Positions 1-9,011 of a DNA stretch of 32,000 bases are shown here, one piece after another. The notes under the pieces were generated by a model. It worked only from the letters and a program-made list of their open reading frames with translations. It searched no databases and was not told the DNA's origin. Made by a program: the position numbers and the translations under genes. Source of the stretch: Candidatus Pelagibacter sp. HTCC7211 (GTDB lineage: Bacteria > Pseudomonadota > Alphaproteobacteria > Pelagibacterales > Pelagibacteraceae); NCBI RefSeq assembly GCF_000155895.1, contig NZ_DS995298.1, positions 390,001 to 422,000 of the forward strand, written 5' to 3'. The first letter of the stretch is position 1. Every line of letters begins with the position of its first letter.

Positions 1-232
1 ATTTTGGAATTTTTTTCCACACAAAAAGAAAAGCTTCTGCACCTTCAATTATTTTTTCACCTTCTTTAACATGTAATCTTCTTAAAAGATCTTTATCATT
101 TTTACGTGTTTCTTTTTCTGCAGTTAAATTATTAGTAATATCAACCCAATCAATTTCTTTAATATTTTCTTTCTTGTATAAATTAATTTCTGCCCTACAA
201 ATTTTACAAGAATTATTGAAGTAAACTTTCAT
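1..232 (-). CDS. DCC-family (DUF393) thiol-disulfide oxidoreductase, partial; the C-terminus lies beyond the window edge
   Basis: This ORF is not in the supplied track. The reverse strand from the ATG at 232-230 reads MKVYFNNSCKICRAEINLYKKENIKEIDWVDITNN...LHVKEGEKIIEGAEAFLFVWKKIPK. An N-terminal CxxC (CKIC) followed by the LHV...G...GxxA pattern is typical of the DCC/DUF393 family. The frame stays open to position 1. Confidence 0.6.
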   Translation of the reverse strand, partial: MKVYFNNSCKICRAEINLYKKENIKEIDWVDITNNLTAEKETRKNDKDLLRRLHVKEGEKIIEGAEAFLFVWKKIPK

Positions 233-318
233 AATTTATTTAAGTAACTATAAAGATTATTTTGTACATGCGTAAAATCATCCATTGAAAATAATATTTA
301 AATAACTATGTATTTACC

Positions 319-1731
319 ATGAGTAATTTTCTAGACAAATCAGATTTAAACAGAAAAGATGTAGATAATATTGTCTCTGATACACTTAAGAATTGTGATG
401 ATGGCGAATTGTATTTAGAAGACACAAAATCAGAGTCAATTTTATTGGACGATAATAAAATTAAAAGTTCAAATTATAGTTCTGATTTAGGTTTTGGATT
501 TAGGGCTATTTCAAATGAGGTGGTTGCGTACTCTCATTCCAATGAAATTTCAAAAGAGTCATTAAGAAATTCTTCACAAAATCTTAAATCAACTCTTAAG
601 TCAAGCAAAGGAACTTATAATCATGAGATCCCAAAAACTAACAATAAATTTTATGAAGATATTAACCCAATAGAACAAAAATCACTGGACTCAAAACTTG
701 AGGTTTTAAATAAAGTTAATGATTATTTACGTAAAAAAGACTCTTCAGTTAAACAGGTTACAGCAAGTTTTAGTGGAGAACAAAAATCAATTGAAATTAT
801 ACGTTCAGGTGGTGAAGCTTTAACAGATGTTAGACCGTTAATAAGATTTAATGTTTCTGTGATGCTTGAAAAAAATGGAAGAAAAGAAACTGGCGTTTAT
901 GGTATTGGCGGAAGACAATCTTATGATGAATATTTAAAAAATGATAATTGGAAAAATGTTTGTGAAGAAGCATTAAGAATTGCTTCAGTAAATTTGGATA
1001 GCAAACCAGCACCAGCAGGTGAAATGAAAGTAGTGTTAGGCCCTGGATGGCCAGCAATTTTAATTCATGAAGCCATAGGTCATGGCTTGGAAGGAGACTT
1101 TAATCGAAAAAAAACCTCAGCTTTTCATAATTTAATGGGTCAAAAGGTTGCAAGTGAGGGTGTTACTATTGTTGATGATGGAACTATTGGAAAAAGAAGA
1201 GGAAGTTTAACAATTGATGATGAAGGAACACCTACTGAAAAAACAGTATTAATTGAAAACGGAATTTTAAAAAATTTCATGCAAGATAGATTAAATGCAA
1301 GATTGATGAATACTAAATCTACTGGAAGTGGAAGAAGAGAAAATTATAAACATATCGTTCTACCAAGAATGAGAAATACCATGATGATGAGTGGTCAACA
1401 TACTCAAGATGAGATGATCAAATCAGTTGATAGGGGAATTTTTGCAGTAAGTTTTGGTGGAGGTCAGGTAGATATTACTTCTGGCAAATTTGTTTTTAAT
1501 TGCACTGAGGCATACGAGATTAATAATGGTAAAATTGGTTCACCAATTAAAGGTGCAACTTTGATCGGAGATGGTCCATCAATTTTAAAAGAAGTATCAA
1601 TGGTTGGAAATGATATGATGATGGATCCTGGTATTGGAACCTGTGGAAAAGCTGGCCAAGGTGTTCCAGTAGGAGTAGCGCAGCCATCAATTTTAATAGA
1701 TAAAATGACTGTCGGCGGAACCAAACTCTAG
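319..1731 (+). CDS. tldD: TldD metalloprotease
   Basis: The 470 aa length fits TldD. It has the HExxxH zinc motif in HEAIGHGLEGD, and the C-terminal part (RGIFAVSFGGGQVDITSGKFVF, MTVGG) is typical of the TldD/PmbA fold. It sits immediately upstream of pmbA. Confidence 0.9.
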   Translation: MSNFLDKSDLNRKDVDNIVSDTLKNCDDGELYLEDTKSESILLDDNKIKSSNYSSDLGFGFRAISNEVVAYSHSNEISKESLRNSSQNLKSTLKSSKGTYNHEIPKTNNKFYEDINPIEQKSLDSKLEVLNKVNDYLRKKDSSVKQVTASFSGEQKSIEIIRSGGEALTDVRPLIRFNVSVMLEKNGRKETGVYGIGGRQSYDEYLKNDNWKNVCEEALRIASVNLDSKPAPAGEMKVVLGPGWPAILIHEAIGHGLEGDFNRKKTSAFHNLMGQKVASEGVTIVDDGTIGKRRGSLTIDDEGTPTEKTVLIENGILKNFMQDRLNARLMNTKSTGSGRRENYKHIVLPRMRNTMMMSGQHTQDEMIKSVDRGIFAVSFGGGQVDITSGKFVFNCTEAYEINNGKIGSPIKGATLIGDGPSILKEVSMVGNDMMMDPGIGTCGKAGQGVPVGVAQPSILIDKMTVGGTKL

Positions 1732-1734
1732 ATA

Positions 1735-3051
1735 ATGATTAAAGATCAAGAATATTTGAAGTCTAAAGCATCGTATTGCCTAGATTTAGCAAAAAAATTA
1801 GGCGCAACTGATGCAAGTGTAACTGTTGGAAATTCCATATCAGAGACTGTGAATTTTAGAAATAAGGCTTTAGATGAGTCTAATAGATCTGACAGTCTAG
1901 CTATAAGCATCCAAACATTTGTAGGTAAAAAAAAATCTTCAATATCTTCATCAAATTTATTAGATGAAAATTTAAAAACTTTGATTGAAAAATGTATTGA
2001 AACAACAAAAATTACACCTGAAGATAAATTTAATTCCTTACCCGATCAAGATTTGCTAGCAAAAGAAATACAAGAATTAGATTTATACGATGAAACACAT
2101 TTAGATAATGATAAGAAAATAGATTATTTAAGAGAATTAGAAGACACAGCATCAAAAGATGAAAAAATTATAAATACAGAGTCTAGTTTTTCAGAAAATA
2201 GAGGAAATTTTATTTTAGCAAATAGTGATGGTTTTTGTAATGGTTATAAATCTTCGTCATTTACCGCATCGTGTGTGACAGTCGCTAAAGATGAAAAAAG
2301 CATGGAAAGAGATTATGAATTTACAAGCAGATGTCATTTAAACGATATTATAAAGCCAAAAAATTTAGGAAATATTGCTGCTGAACAAACGATAAAAAAA
2401 CTTAGTCCAAAAAAAATTGGAAGTGATAAAATAAGTTTAATATTTGATAAGAGAATTGCAAAAGGGTTGCTGAGTTCTTTTGCAAGTGCGATATCCTCAT
2501 CAGCTATTGCAAGAGGCACTTCTTTTTTAAAAGATAAAATTGACCAACAAATCTTCTCTGACACAATTAATATATTTGATAAACCAGACTTAGTTAAAGG
2601 ATTGGGCTCACAATATTTTGACTCAGAGGGCGTTAAATCAGAAACTCTAAAGTTAGTAGAAAATGGATTTCTTAGAGAATATCTTGTGGATACTTATAAT
2701 GGCAAAAAACTAGAATTAAAATCAAATGGCAGAAGTGGTGGTAGTACTAATCTTTATTTAGAAAATGGCAAAATGAGTTTTGAAGAATTATTAAAAATTA
2801 ATTCTAAAAATTTATATATTACAGAAACAATCGGTCATGGAACAAATTTAGTAACTGGCGACTATTCTATAGGCGCTACAGGTTTCTTAATTGAAAATGG
2901 AGAATTTAAATATCCTGTAAATGAAATAACAATAGCTGGAAATTTTAATGACATGTTTAAAAACATAACATTAGCGAATGATTTAGAGTTTAAATATTCA
3001 GTTAACTCACCTACTATAATGATTGAAGGCATGACTGTTGCTGGAAAATGA
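1735..3051 (+). CDS. pmbA: PmbA/TldE, the partner subunit of the TldD protease
   Basis: The 438 aa protein belongs to the TldD/PmbA family but lacks the HExxxH motif, as expected for PmbA. It has conserved C-terminal segments (YITETIGHGTNLVTGDYSIGATGFLIENGE, MTVAG). It starts 3 nt after the tldD stop. Confidence 0.85.
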   Translation: MIKDQEYLKSKASYCLDLAKKLGATDASVTVGNSISETVNFRNKALDESNRSDSLAISIQTFVGKKKSSISSSNLLDENLKTLIEKCIETTKITPEDKFNSLPDQDLLAKEIQELDLYDETHLDNDKKIDYLRELEDTASKDEKIINTESSFSENRGNFILANSDGFCNGYKSSSFTASCVTVAKDEKSMERDYEFTSRCHLNDIIKPKNLGNIAAEQTIKKLSPKKIGSDKISLIFDKRIAKGLLSSFASAISSSAIARGTSFLKDKIDQQIFSDTINIFDKPDLVKGLGSQYFDSEGVKSETLKLVENGFLREYLVDTYNGKKLELKSNGRSGGSTNLYLENGKMSFEELLKINSKNLYITETIGHGTNLVTGDYSIGATGFLIENGEFKYPVNEITIAGNFNDMFKNITLANDLEFKYSVNSPTIMIEGMTVAGK

Positions 3052-4019
3052 GTAATTTTTGTGTAATTGGCTCAGGGATTTCAGGAGCAACAATTGCAAA
3101 TCTTTTAAACAAAAAACATTCAGTCGATCTTTTTGATAAAGCTAGAGGTCCTGGTGGTAGAGCATCTTTTAAAAGGCTTGATAAAACAAAAGGATTTGAT
3201 CATGGGACTCAATATATCTCACCTAAAACTTTAGCATTTAAAAAATTCTTAGAAAAATTAATCAAAAAAAAGGTTTTAAAAAACTGGAGTGGTAAACATT
3301 TATTTTTAAATAAAAGTAAAAAAGAGATTAAAAATCATAAAAAAATAATTGGTCGCAAAGGTAATAATGATATCAGTAAATATCTTTTAAAAAATATCAG
3401 ATGCAATTATTTCCATGAGCTTAAAAAAATTGATTATAAACAAAAAAAATGGTTTTTAACTTTTTCCAATGGAGAGAAAAGAATTTACAATAAGCTCATT
3501 TTAACTTGTCCATTTGAACAATTATATAAATTATCTAAAAAATTTATAAAAAGTCCATTTATCAAATCAAGAGTTAAAATGGATGCAAATATAACTGTGA
3601 TGATTGTAATCAAAAAAACAAAAAGTAAAATCAGCAGTTACTTCTTTGATGATCAAATTTTAGGTTGGGCTGGTAAAGAAAATAGTAAAAAAAGATTTAA
3701 AAGTAATTTTGATTTATGGACTTTGCAAAGTACATACACTTGGGCAAACAAAAAAATTAATAAAAACAAAGAAAACAAAGATCTAAATTCACAAGTTTTA
3801 ATTAATCATTTCTTTAAACTTACCGGTTTAAAAAAAACAAAAATATTACATTCACTTAATCATGGATGGAAATACTCTTCAAATTCAAGTCCGTTAAAAA
3901 TGAAGAGTTTTTGGGATCCTTCAATAAATTTAGGTGTTTGTGCAGATTGGTTTGTAGGACCTAGACTAGAGGCAGGTTGGTTAAGTGCTAATGATCTTTA
4001 TAAAAAAATCATTAAATAA
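3048..4019 (+). CDS. NAD/FAD-dependent oxidoreductase (renalase-like, COG3380-type)
   Basis: An N-terminal Rossmann dinucleotide motif (VIGSGISGATIANLL) is followed by DKARGPGGRA. The C-terminal GVCADWFVGPRLEAGWLSANDL resembles the amine-oxidase-like family. It shares an ATGA overlap with pmbA. The central region is very Lys-rich. Confidence 0.6.
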   Translation: MSNFCVIGSGISGATIANLLNKKHSVDLFDKARGPGGRASFKRLDKTKGFDHGTQYISPKTLAFKKFLEKLIKKKVLKNWSGKHLFLNKSKKEIKNHKKIIGRKGNNDISKYLLKNIRCNYFHELKKIDYKQKKWFLTFSNGEKRIYNKLILTCPFEQLYKLSKKFIKSPFIKSRVKMDANITVMIVIKKTKSKISSYFFDDQILGWAGKENSKKRFKSNFDLWTLQSTYTWANKKINKNKENKDLNSQVLINHFFKLTGLKKTKILHSLNHGWKYSSNSSPLKMKSFWDPSINLGVCADWFVGPRLEAGWLSANDLYKKIIK

Positions 4020-4021
4020 TT

Positions 4022-4702
4022 TTACTCAAAATTTTTAACTCTATATTCCCAATCACCCATTCTAGAATATGTAACTTTCATAATTAAAGCATGTTTTTTA
4101 TCAAACCAGATATCAAAGTTTAATCTTTTATTTTTTGGAATAGACATATCTTTGGATGTTAATTTGAAATGCTCAACATCATAAGATTTTCCGTAAAGAT
4201 CTAGTTTTTCTTTACCTATAAATGTGACTACTTGCTCTTTAATACTTCCAGATATGGGGCTTATTTGACTGATAGATTGAAGTATTTTATGGTTCCACCA
4301 ATTTCCCACTATATTATCTGTTGATGCTTTCCCTGAGTATGATGATCCCTTTATTTCAAATTCATTAGTATCTTTATTTAATTTGAGATTAACAAATTTT
4401 TCTTTCTTATTTTGACGGGTTTTTGAGTTAAATGAAATTAGTTTATCTTTTAAATATTTTTCTTCTCCATAACCTTCTATTTCAAATAAAGTTGCACCTA
4501 ATAATTTTACAGTAAACTTTATTTGATTTGAAACTATTGTTTCATTTTTATTTTTTTTAAAAAAATAATAATTATATCCAATAACTTCTCCATCTTTTAA
4601 AATTTCCATTTCAATCTTATTATACTTATTATAGTGACCCATATGAGCTGTACTATTGAAAGAGTATAAAAAGAAAAATATTAATAATAAAAATTGTTTC
4701 AT
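4022..4702 (-). CDS. Exported protein of unknown function (DUF3108/DUF6134-like by recollection, not searched)
   Basis: It has an N-terminal signal-peptide-like segment (MKQFLLLIFFFLYSFNSTA/HM) and alternating, beta-rich sequence. The track start at 4705 is a TTG directly followed by an ATG at 4702, which I prefer. I recognise no catalytic motif. Confidence 0.55.
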   Translation of the reverse strand: MKQFLLLIFFFLYSFNSTAHMGHYNKYNKIEMEILKDGEVIGYNYYFFKKNKNETIVSNQIKFTVKLLGATLFEIEGYGEEKYLKDKLISFNSKTRQNKKEKFVNLKLNKDTNEFEIKGSSYSGKASTDNIVGNWWNHKILQSISQISPISGSIKEQVVTFIGKEKLDLYGKSYDVEHFKLTSKDMSIPKNKRLNFDIWFDKKHALIMKVTYSRMGDWEYRVKNFE

Positions 4703-4752
4703 CAAAATATTAGTTTAATAGACTTTGATAATAAAAGAAGTATTTTATTAAA

Positions 4753-5400
4753 ATGTTTTTACAAATTAAAAATATACCAAAGGTTTCATGGAGTTCTGAA
4801 AAACCACTAAATTTAAAACCAAAAATTTCAACATTCTTTTTTCTCTGTTTTGGTTTGACCTTATTTGGTTTAGGTGAAGGTTTATTAATTGTCTCAGCAT
4901 CTGGAGCATCACCTTGGAGTGTATTTGCTCAAGGTTTATACTTAAACATAGGTTTCTCCATTGGCCTTATGACTATTTTAATAAGCATTATGGTTTTGTT
5001 GCTTTGGTTTCCCTTAAAACAAAAACCTGGAATTGGTACTATTTTAAATGCTTTAATAATAGGATTAATGATTGATGTTTGCATTAGATATGTTCCAACA
5101 CCAGAAAATTTTATTTCACAAATATTACTTGGAGCTTTTGCAGTGCTAACTGTAGGTATAGGAGGTGGAATTTATCTAGTCGCTAATTTAGGAGCAGGAC
5201 CAAGAGATGGTTTAATGATAGGTCTTCAAAAAAAAACTAACTTTCCAATTGCCTCAGTAAGAGCAGCTCTTGAAATAACGGTTATGTCAATTGGTTGGTA
5301 CTTAGGAGGCACAGTTGGAGTTGGAACTTTATTATTTGCTTTTGGAATAGGTCCCTGTGTTGCTTTAGGTTTATATTTAGTGAATAAAATTTATAATTAG
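4753..5400 (+). CDS. YczE-like integral membrane protein (COG2364-type)
   Basis: The 215 aa protein has about 5-6 hydrophobic helices. The internally repeated motifs GASPWSVFAQGL and GAGPRDGLMIGL are typical of the YczE/YitT-like membrane family. Confidence 0.6.
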   Translation: MFLQIKNIPKVSWSSEKPLNLKPKISTFFFLCFGLTLFGLGEGLLIVSASGASPWSVFAQGLYLNIGFSIGLMTILISIMVLLLWFPLKQKPGIGTILNALIIGLMIDVCIRYVPTPENFISQILLGAFAVLTVGIGGGIYLVANLGAGPRDGLMIGLQKKTNFPIASVRAALEITVMSIGWYLGGTVGVGTLLFAFGIGPCVALGLYLVNKIYN

Positions 5401-7223
5401 GCTGCAGCGCCAGTTTTTTCACTTTTTTTTCTTTCATGAGGATCTAAAATCGCTTTTCTTAATCGACACGAGTCTGGCGTTATTTCTAATGCTTCGTCAA
5501 TATTCAGCATACTCAATTGTTCTGCTATAGACATTTTTCTAACTGGGGTTAACACAACATTTTCATCTGTTCCTTGCGTTCTCATGTTGGTTAATTTTTT
5601 ACCTTTCATAACATTGATTATCATATCACCAGGTTTTGGAGATAGACCGACTATCATACCAGGATAAACAGGATCATTGTGAGTCACAAACATCTCCCCT
5701 CTAGCCTGTAAATTAAAAATAGCAAAAGCAACTGCTTTACCTTTTTCCATTGATATTAAAGCACCGTTTCTTCTTCCTTCCATATCTCCTTCAAAAGGAC
5801 CATAATTATGGAATATTCTATTAATTACACCATTTCCTTTTGTGAGAGTTAAAAATCTACTTGTGTATCCCATTAATCCTCTAGTTGGTGCGTGAAATAT
5901 TAATCTTTTCTTATTTTTACCAGTATCTTTTAGATCTATAAGTTTACCTTTTCTTCTATTCATTGAATCTATAACTTTTGAAGAATGTTCTTCGTCTAAA
6001 TCCATTGTTATTTCTTCAATTGGTTCAAGTTTATTTCCATTATCGTCAGTTTTATATAATACCTTAGGAGGACTTACGGTCATTTCAAATCCTTCTCTTC
6101 TCATTTGAGTGAGCAAGATTTCCAACATAAGTTCACCACGTCCACTAACAACAAAAGAGTCATTACCATTATTTTCTGAGAAAGAAATACCCACGTTGTT
6201 TTGAGCTTCCTGTAACAATCTATCTCTTATTTGAGTACTAGTTAATTTCTTACCTTCAGTTCCTGCTAGAGGGGAAGTATTTACTGTTATTGTAATTGAC
6301 ATTGTTGGTGGGTCTATAGGTGTTGCGGGTATTGGTTCAACTACTTCAGGATCACAAATTGTGTCAGCGACATTTGCTTTTTCCAATCCAGCCACAACCA
6401 CAATATCTCCAGCTTCACCAACTTCAATTGGAACTTTTTTAGTTCCTTCATACCTAAAAATTTTAGTCAATTTTCCTTCATCAACTTTTTTACCATTTAA
6501 ATTAATTGCTTTAATTGATTGATTTGCTTTAGCAGTTCCTTGAGTGATTCTACCAACTAAGCTTCTTCCTAAAAAACTATCTGCATAAAGAAGCGTTGAT
6601 AGCATTGCAAATGGTTTAGTTCTATCAAGTTGAGCTGGCTTAACATGTTCTACAATTAAATCTAAAAGGGGATTTAAATTTGTTCTTGGACCATCGACCT
6701 CAGTATCAGCCCATCCAGATCTACCACTTGCATATAATACAGGAAAATCTAATTGTTCTTCATTTGCATCTAGGCTTACAAATAAATCAAAAGTTTCATC
6801 TAAAACTTCATTGGCTCTTTGATCTGTTTTATCTAGCTTGTTAATTACTACAATTGGTTTTAAACCTTGTTTTAACGCCTTAGATAGTACAAATTTTGTT
6901 TGAGGCATTACACCTTCAGCTGAATCTATAAGCAATAAGGCACCATCAGCCATACTTAATACCCTTTCAACTTCCGCAGCAAAATCTCTGTGTCCAGGCG
7001 TATCTATGATATTAACCCTAGAGTTTTTCCAATTTATAGAAGCGGGTTTTGCCAAAATTGTGATTCCTCTTTCTTTTTCAAGCTCTCCTGAGTCCATTAA
7101 TCTTTCGTCAACAACCTCATTTTCTCTAAATGATCCACTTTGTTTCATTAAATTATCAATAAGAGTAGTCTTGCCATGGTCAACATGGGCAATGATGGTG
7201 ATGTTTCTGATATTGTTGCTCAT
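5397..7223 (-). CDS. typA: Translational GTPase TypA/BipA
   Basis: The 608 aa protein has G1 AHVDHGKTT, G3 DTPGH and G4 NKLD motifs. EF-G-like domains follow, and the length and C-terminal domain are characteristic of TypA. Confidence 0.95.
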   Translation of the reverse strand: MSNNIRNITIIAHVDHGKTTLIDNLMKQSGSFRENEVVDERLMDSGELEKERGITILAKPASINWKNSRVNIIDTPGHRDFAAEVERVLSMADGALLLIDSAEGVMPQTKFVLSKALKQGLKPIVVINKLDKTDQRANEVLDETFDLFVSLDANEEQLDFPVLYASGRSGWADTEVDGPRTNLNPLLDLIVEHVKPAQLDRTKPFAMLSTLLYADSFLGRSLVGRITQGTAKANQSIKAINLNGKKVDEGKLTKIFRYEGTKKVPIEVGEAGDIVVVAGLEKANVADTICDPEVVEPIPATPIDPPTMSITITVNTSPLAGTEGKKLTSTQIRDRLLQEAQNNVGISFSENNGNDSFVVSGRGELMLEILLTQMRREGFEMTVSPPKVLYKTDDNGNKLEPIEEITMDLDEEHSSKVIDSMNRRKGKLIDLKDTGKNKKRLIFHAPTRGLMGYTSRFLTLTKGNGVINRIFHNYGPFEGDMEGRRNGALISMEKGKAVAFAIFNLQARGEMFVTHNDPVYPGMIVGLSPKPGDMIINVMKGKKLTNMRTQGTDENVVLTPVRKMSIAEQLSMLNIDEALEITPDSCRLRKAILDPHERKKSEKTGAAA

Positions 7224-7400
7224 AAATTCTGGCTCTTATACATTAATTCTTTGATTTGAAAACTTAAAAAAAGTCAGTATTTACTTAACAAATTGGCTTT
7301 AATTAAAAATTCATTGCTTGTGATTGTTTTAAAAACATATAGATATCCAATTAAAGTTAGACATAACAGAGAATCAATATCCTGACCCTTTAATCAATAA

Positions 7401-9011
7401 ATGGAAAATTTTAAATTATTAAAAATTGAAGAATCATTGAAAAATTCATTAAATAAAATGAACTTTACGAAACCTACACCTATTCAGGGTATGGCGATAC
7501 CAGCTGCGTTGGAGGGTAAAGATATACTTGGAACAGCACAAACAGGTACAGGAAAAACACTAGCCTTCAGTATTCCATTAATTAACAAATTAATTTTAGA
7601 TAAAAATGCATTTGCATTAGTAATGTGTCCAACAAGAGAGTTGGCTACTCAAGTGATGGAGGCAATTAAAAGTATTATTAGTGATAAGATAAATATTAAA
7701 ACAGCCTTACTTATCGGTGGCGAATCCATGCAAAAACAACTTAGACAGTTAGGAAATAGATCAAGAATAATAGTTGGTACTCCTGGAAGAATTAATGACC
7801 ATTTAAAAAGAAAAAGCCTTAATTTATCAGCAACAAAATATTTAGTTTTAGATGAGACTGATAGAATGTTGGATATGGGCTTTACTCCACAAATCGAAAT
7901 GGTTTTAAAATTTGTACCAAAAGATCATCAAACATTACTTTTTTCCGCAACTTTACCTCAAAATATTTTAAGAATTTCTGAGAGATATTTACATAAACCT
8001 GAAAGAATTTCTACTGGAGCAACTTCAGTTCCAATTGCTAAAATTAAACAAGAAACACTCCAAGTCTTTAAAGAGAATAAATATGATGAATTGATTGATC
8101 AATTTTTAGCAAGGAAAGGATCAATTTTAGTTTTTGTCAAAACTAAGAGAAGTGCGGATAAAATGGTAAAACGTCTAAAGGAAGAAGGTCATTCTGCAGA
8201 TGGAATACATGGTGATTTACGTCAAAGTAAAAGAGATCGTGTTATAAATTCTTTTAGAAAAGGTTTAAAAAGAATTTTAATTGCAACAGATGTAGCTGCT
8301 AGAGGTCTTGATATTCCTTTAATTCAACATGTAATTAATTATGATCTTCCACAAGTTCCAGAAGATTATGTTCACAGAATTGGAAGAACAGCTAGAGCAG
8401 GATCTGAAGGATCTGCCTTAACTTTTTTAACACCTGATGATAGATCAATGTGGAATTCTATAAATAAGTTAATTGATCCAAATTTTAAAGCAGTACCTAG
8501 TGGCTTAAGAAGAGATTCAAAAAACAAAAGAAGAGGTAAGGGTCCAAATAACAAAAAAAGAAAAGCCAGAGAGGAAAAAAGATCTTTTGGAAAAGGAAGA
8601 CAAGATCGATCTTCGAGTTTTAGAAACAAGCCAAAATCCTATGACAAAAGTAGATCAGGCAAGCCACCAAGAGATGGAGAGAAAAAAAGTTTTGGCTTTA
8701 AAGGAAAATCAAGTTTTAGAGATAAACCAAAATCTTATAGTAAGGACAGATCACAAAGACCATCAAGAGATGGAGAGAAAAAAAGTTTTGGCTTTAAAGC
8801 AAAATCAAGTTTTACAAAAAAAAATAATTCCAAACCATCTGGCTTTACAAATAATCCGAAATATTTTGGAAGAAAACCCTCAGAAAATACATCTTCAGAC
8901 TCTGAGAAAAAAAGCTTCGGTTTTAAGGGAAAGAAAAAATTTAAAAGTAGAAATAGCCGACCTAAAAGCTTTAGCTTTAAAAAACATAGTAAAAAAAGAG
9001 TTAAATCTTAA
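7401..9011 (+). CDS. DEAD-box ATP-dependent RNA helicase (RhlE/DeaD-like) with a long basic repetitive C-terminal extension
   Basis: The helicase motifs are present: Q motif FTKPTPIQ, I AQTGTGKT, Ia PTRELA, Ib TPGR, II DETD (variant), III SAT, V ATDVAARGLD, VI HRIGRTARAG. The core ends near residue 370 and is followed by about 165 aa of K/R/S/G-rich tail. Confidence 0.9.
   Translation: MENFKLLKIEESLKNSLNKMNFTKPTPIQGMAIPAALEGKDILGTAQTGTGKTLAFSIPLINKLILDKNAFALVMCPTRELATQVMEAIKSIISDKINIKTALLIGGESMQKQLRQLGNRSRIIVGTPGRINDHLKRKSLNLSATKYLVLDETDRMLDMGFTPQIEMVLKFVPKDHQTLLFSATLPQNILRISERYLHKPERISTGATSVPIAKIKQETLQVFKENKYDELIDQFLARKGSILVFVKTKRSADKMVKRLKEEGHSADGIHGDLRQSKRDRVINSFRKGLKRILIATDVAARGLDIPLIQHVINYDLPQVPEDYVHRIGRTARAGSEGSALTFLTPDDRSMWNSINKLIDPNFKAVPSGLRRDSKNKRRGKGPNNKKRKAREEKRSFGKGRQDRSSSFRNKPKSYDKSRSGKPPRDGEKKSFGFKGKSSFRDKPKSYSKDRSQRPSRDGEKKSFGFKAKSSFTKKNNSKPSGFTNNPKYFGRKPSENTSSDSEKKSFGFKGKKKFKSRNSRPKSFSFKKHSKKRVKS
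8574..9008 (+). repeat. Four degenerate in-frame tandem repeats encoding the helicase C-terminal tail
   Basis: The repeat units start at 8574, 8679, 8775 and 8904, each opening E-K-(K/R)-S-F-G. Units 2 and 3 are 96 nt apart and match at 50 of 51 nt (8668-8718 versus 8764-8814). Units 1 and 4 are more diverged. Confidence 0.85.

Noticed and set aside
7220-7243. A 7-codon minus-strand mini-ORF (MYKSQNL) whose TGA overlaps the typA ATG.
   Set aside because: Such short ATG-to-stop frames are expected by chance in AT-rich leaders, and there is no Shine-Dalgarno or other supporting signal.
7314-7343. A possible sigma-70 promoter (TTGCTT, about 17-18 nt, TATAGA) upstream of the helicase gene.
   Set aside because: Hexamers like these occur frequently by chance at this AT content, so I could not distinguish it from background.
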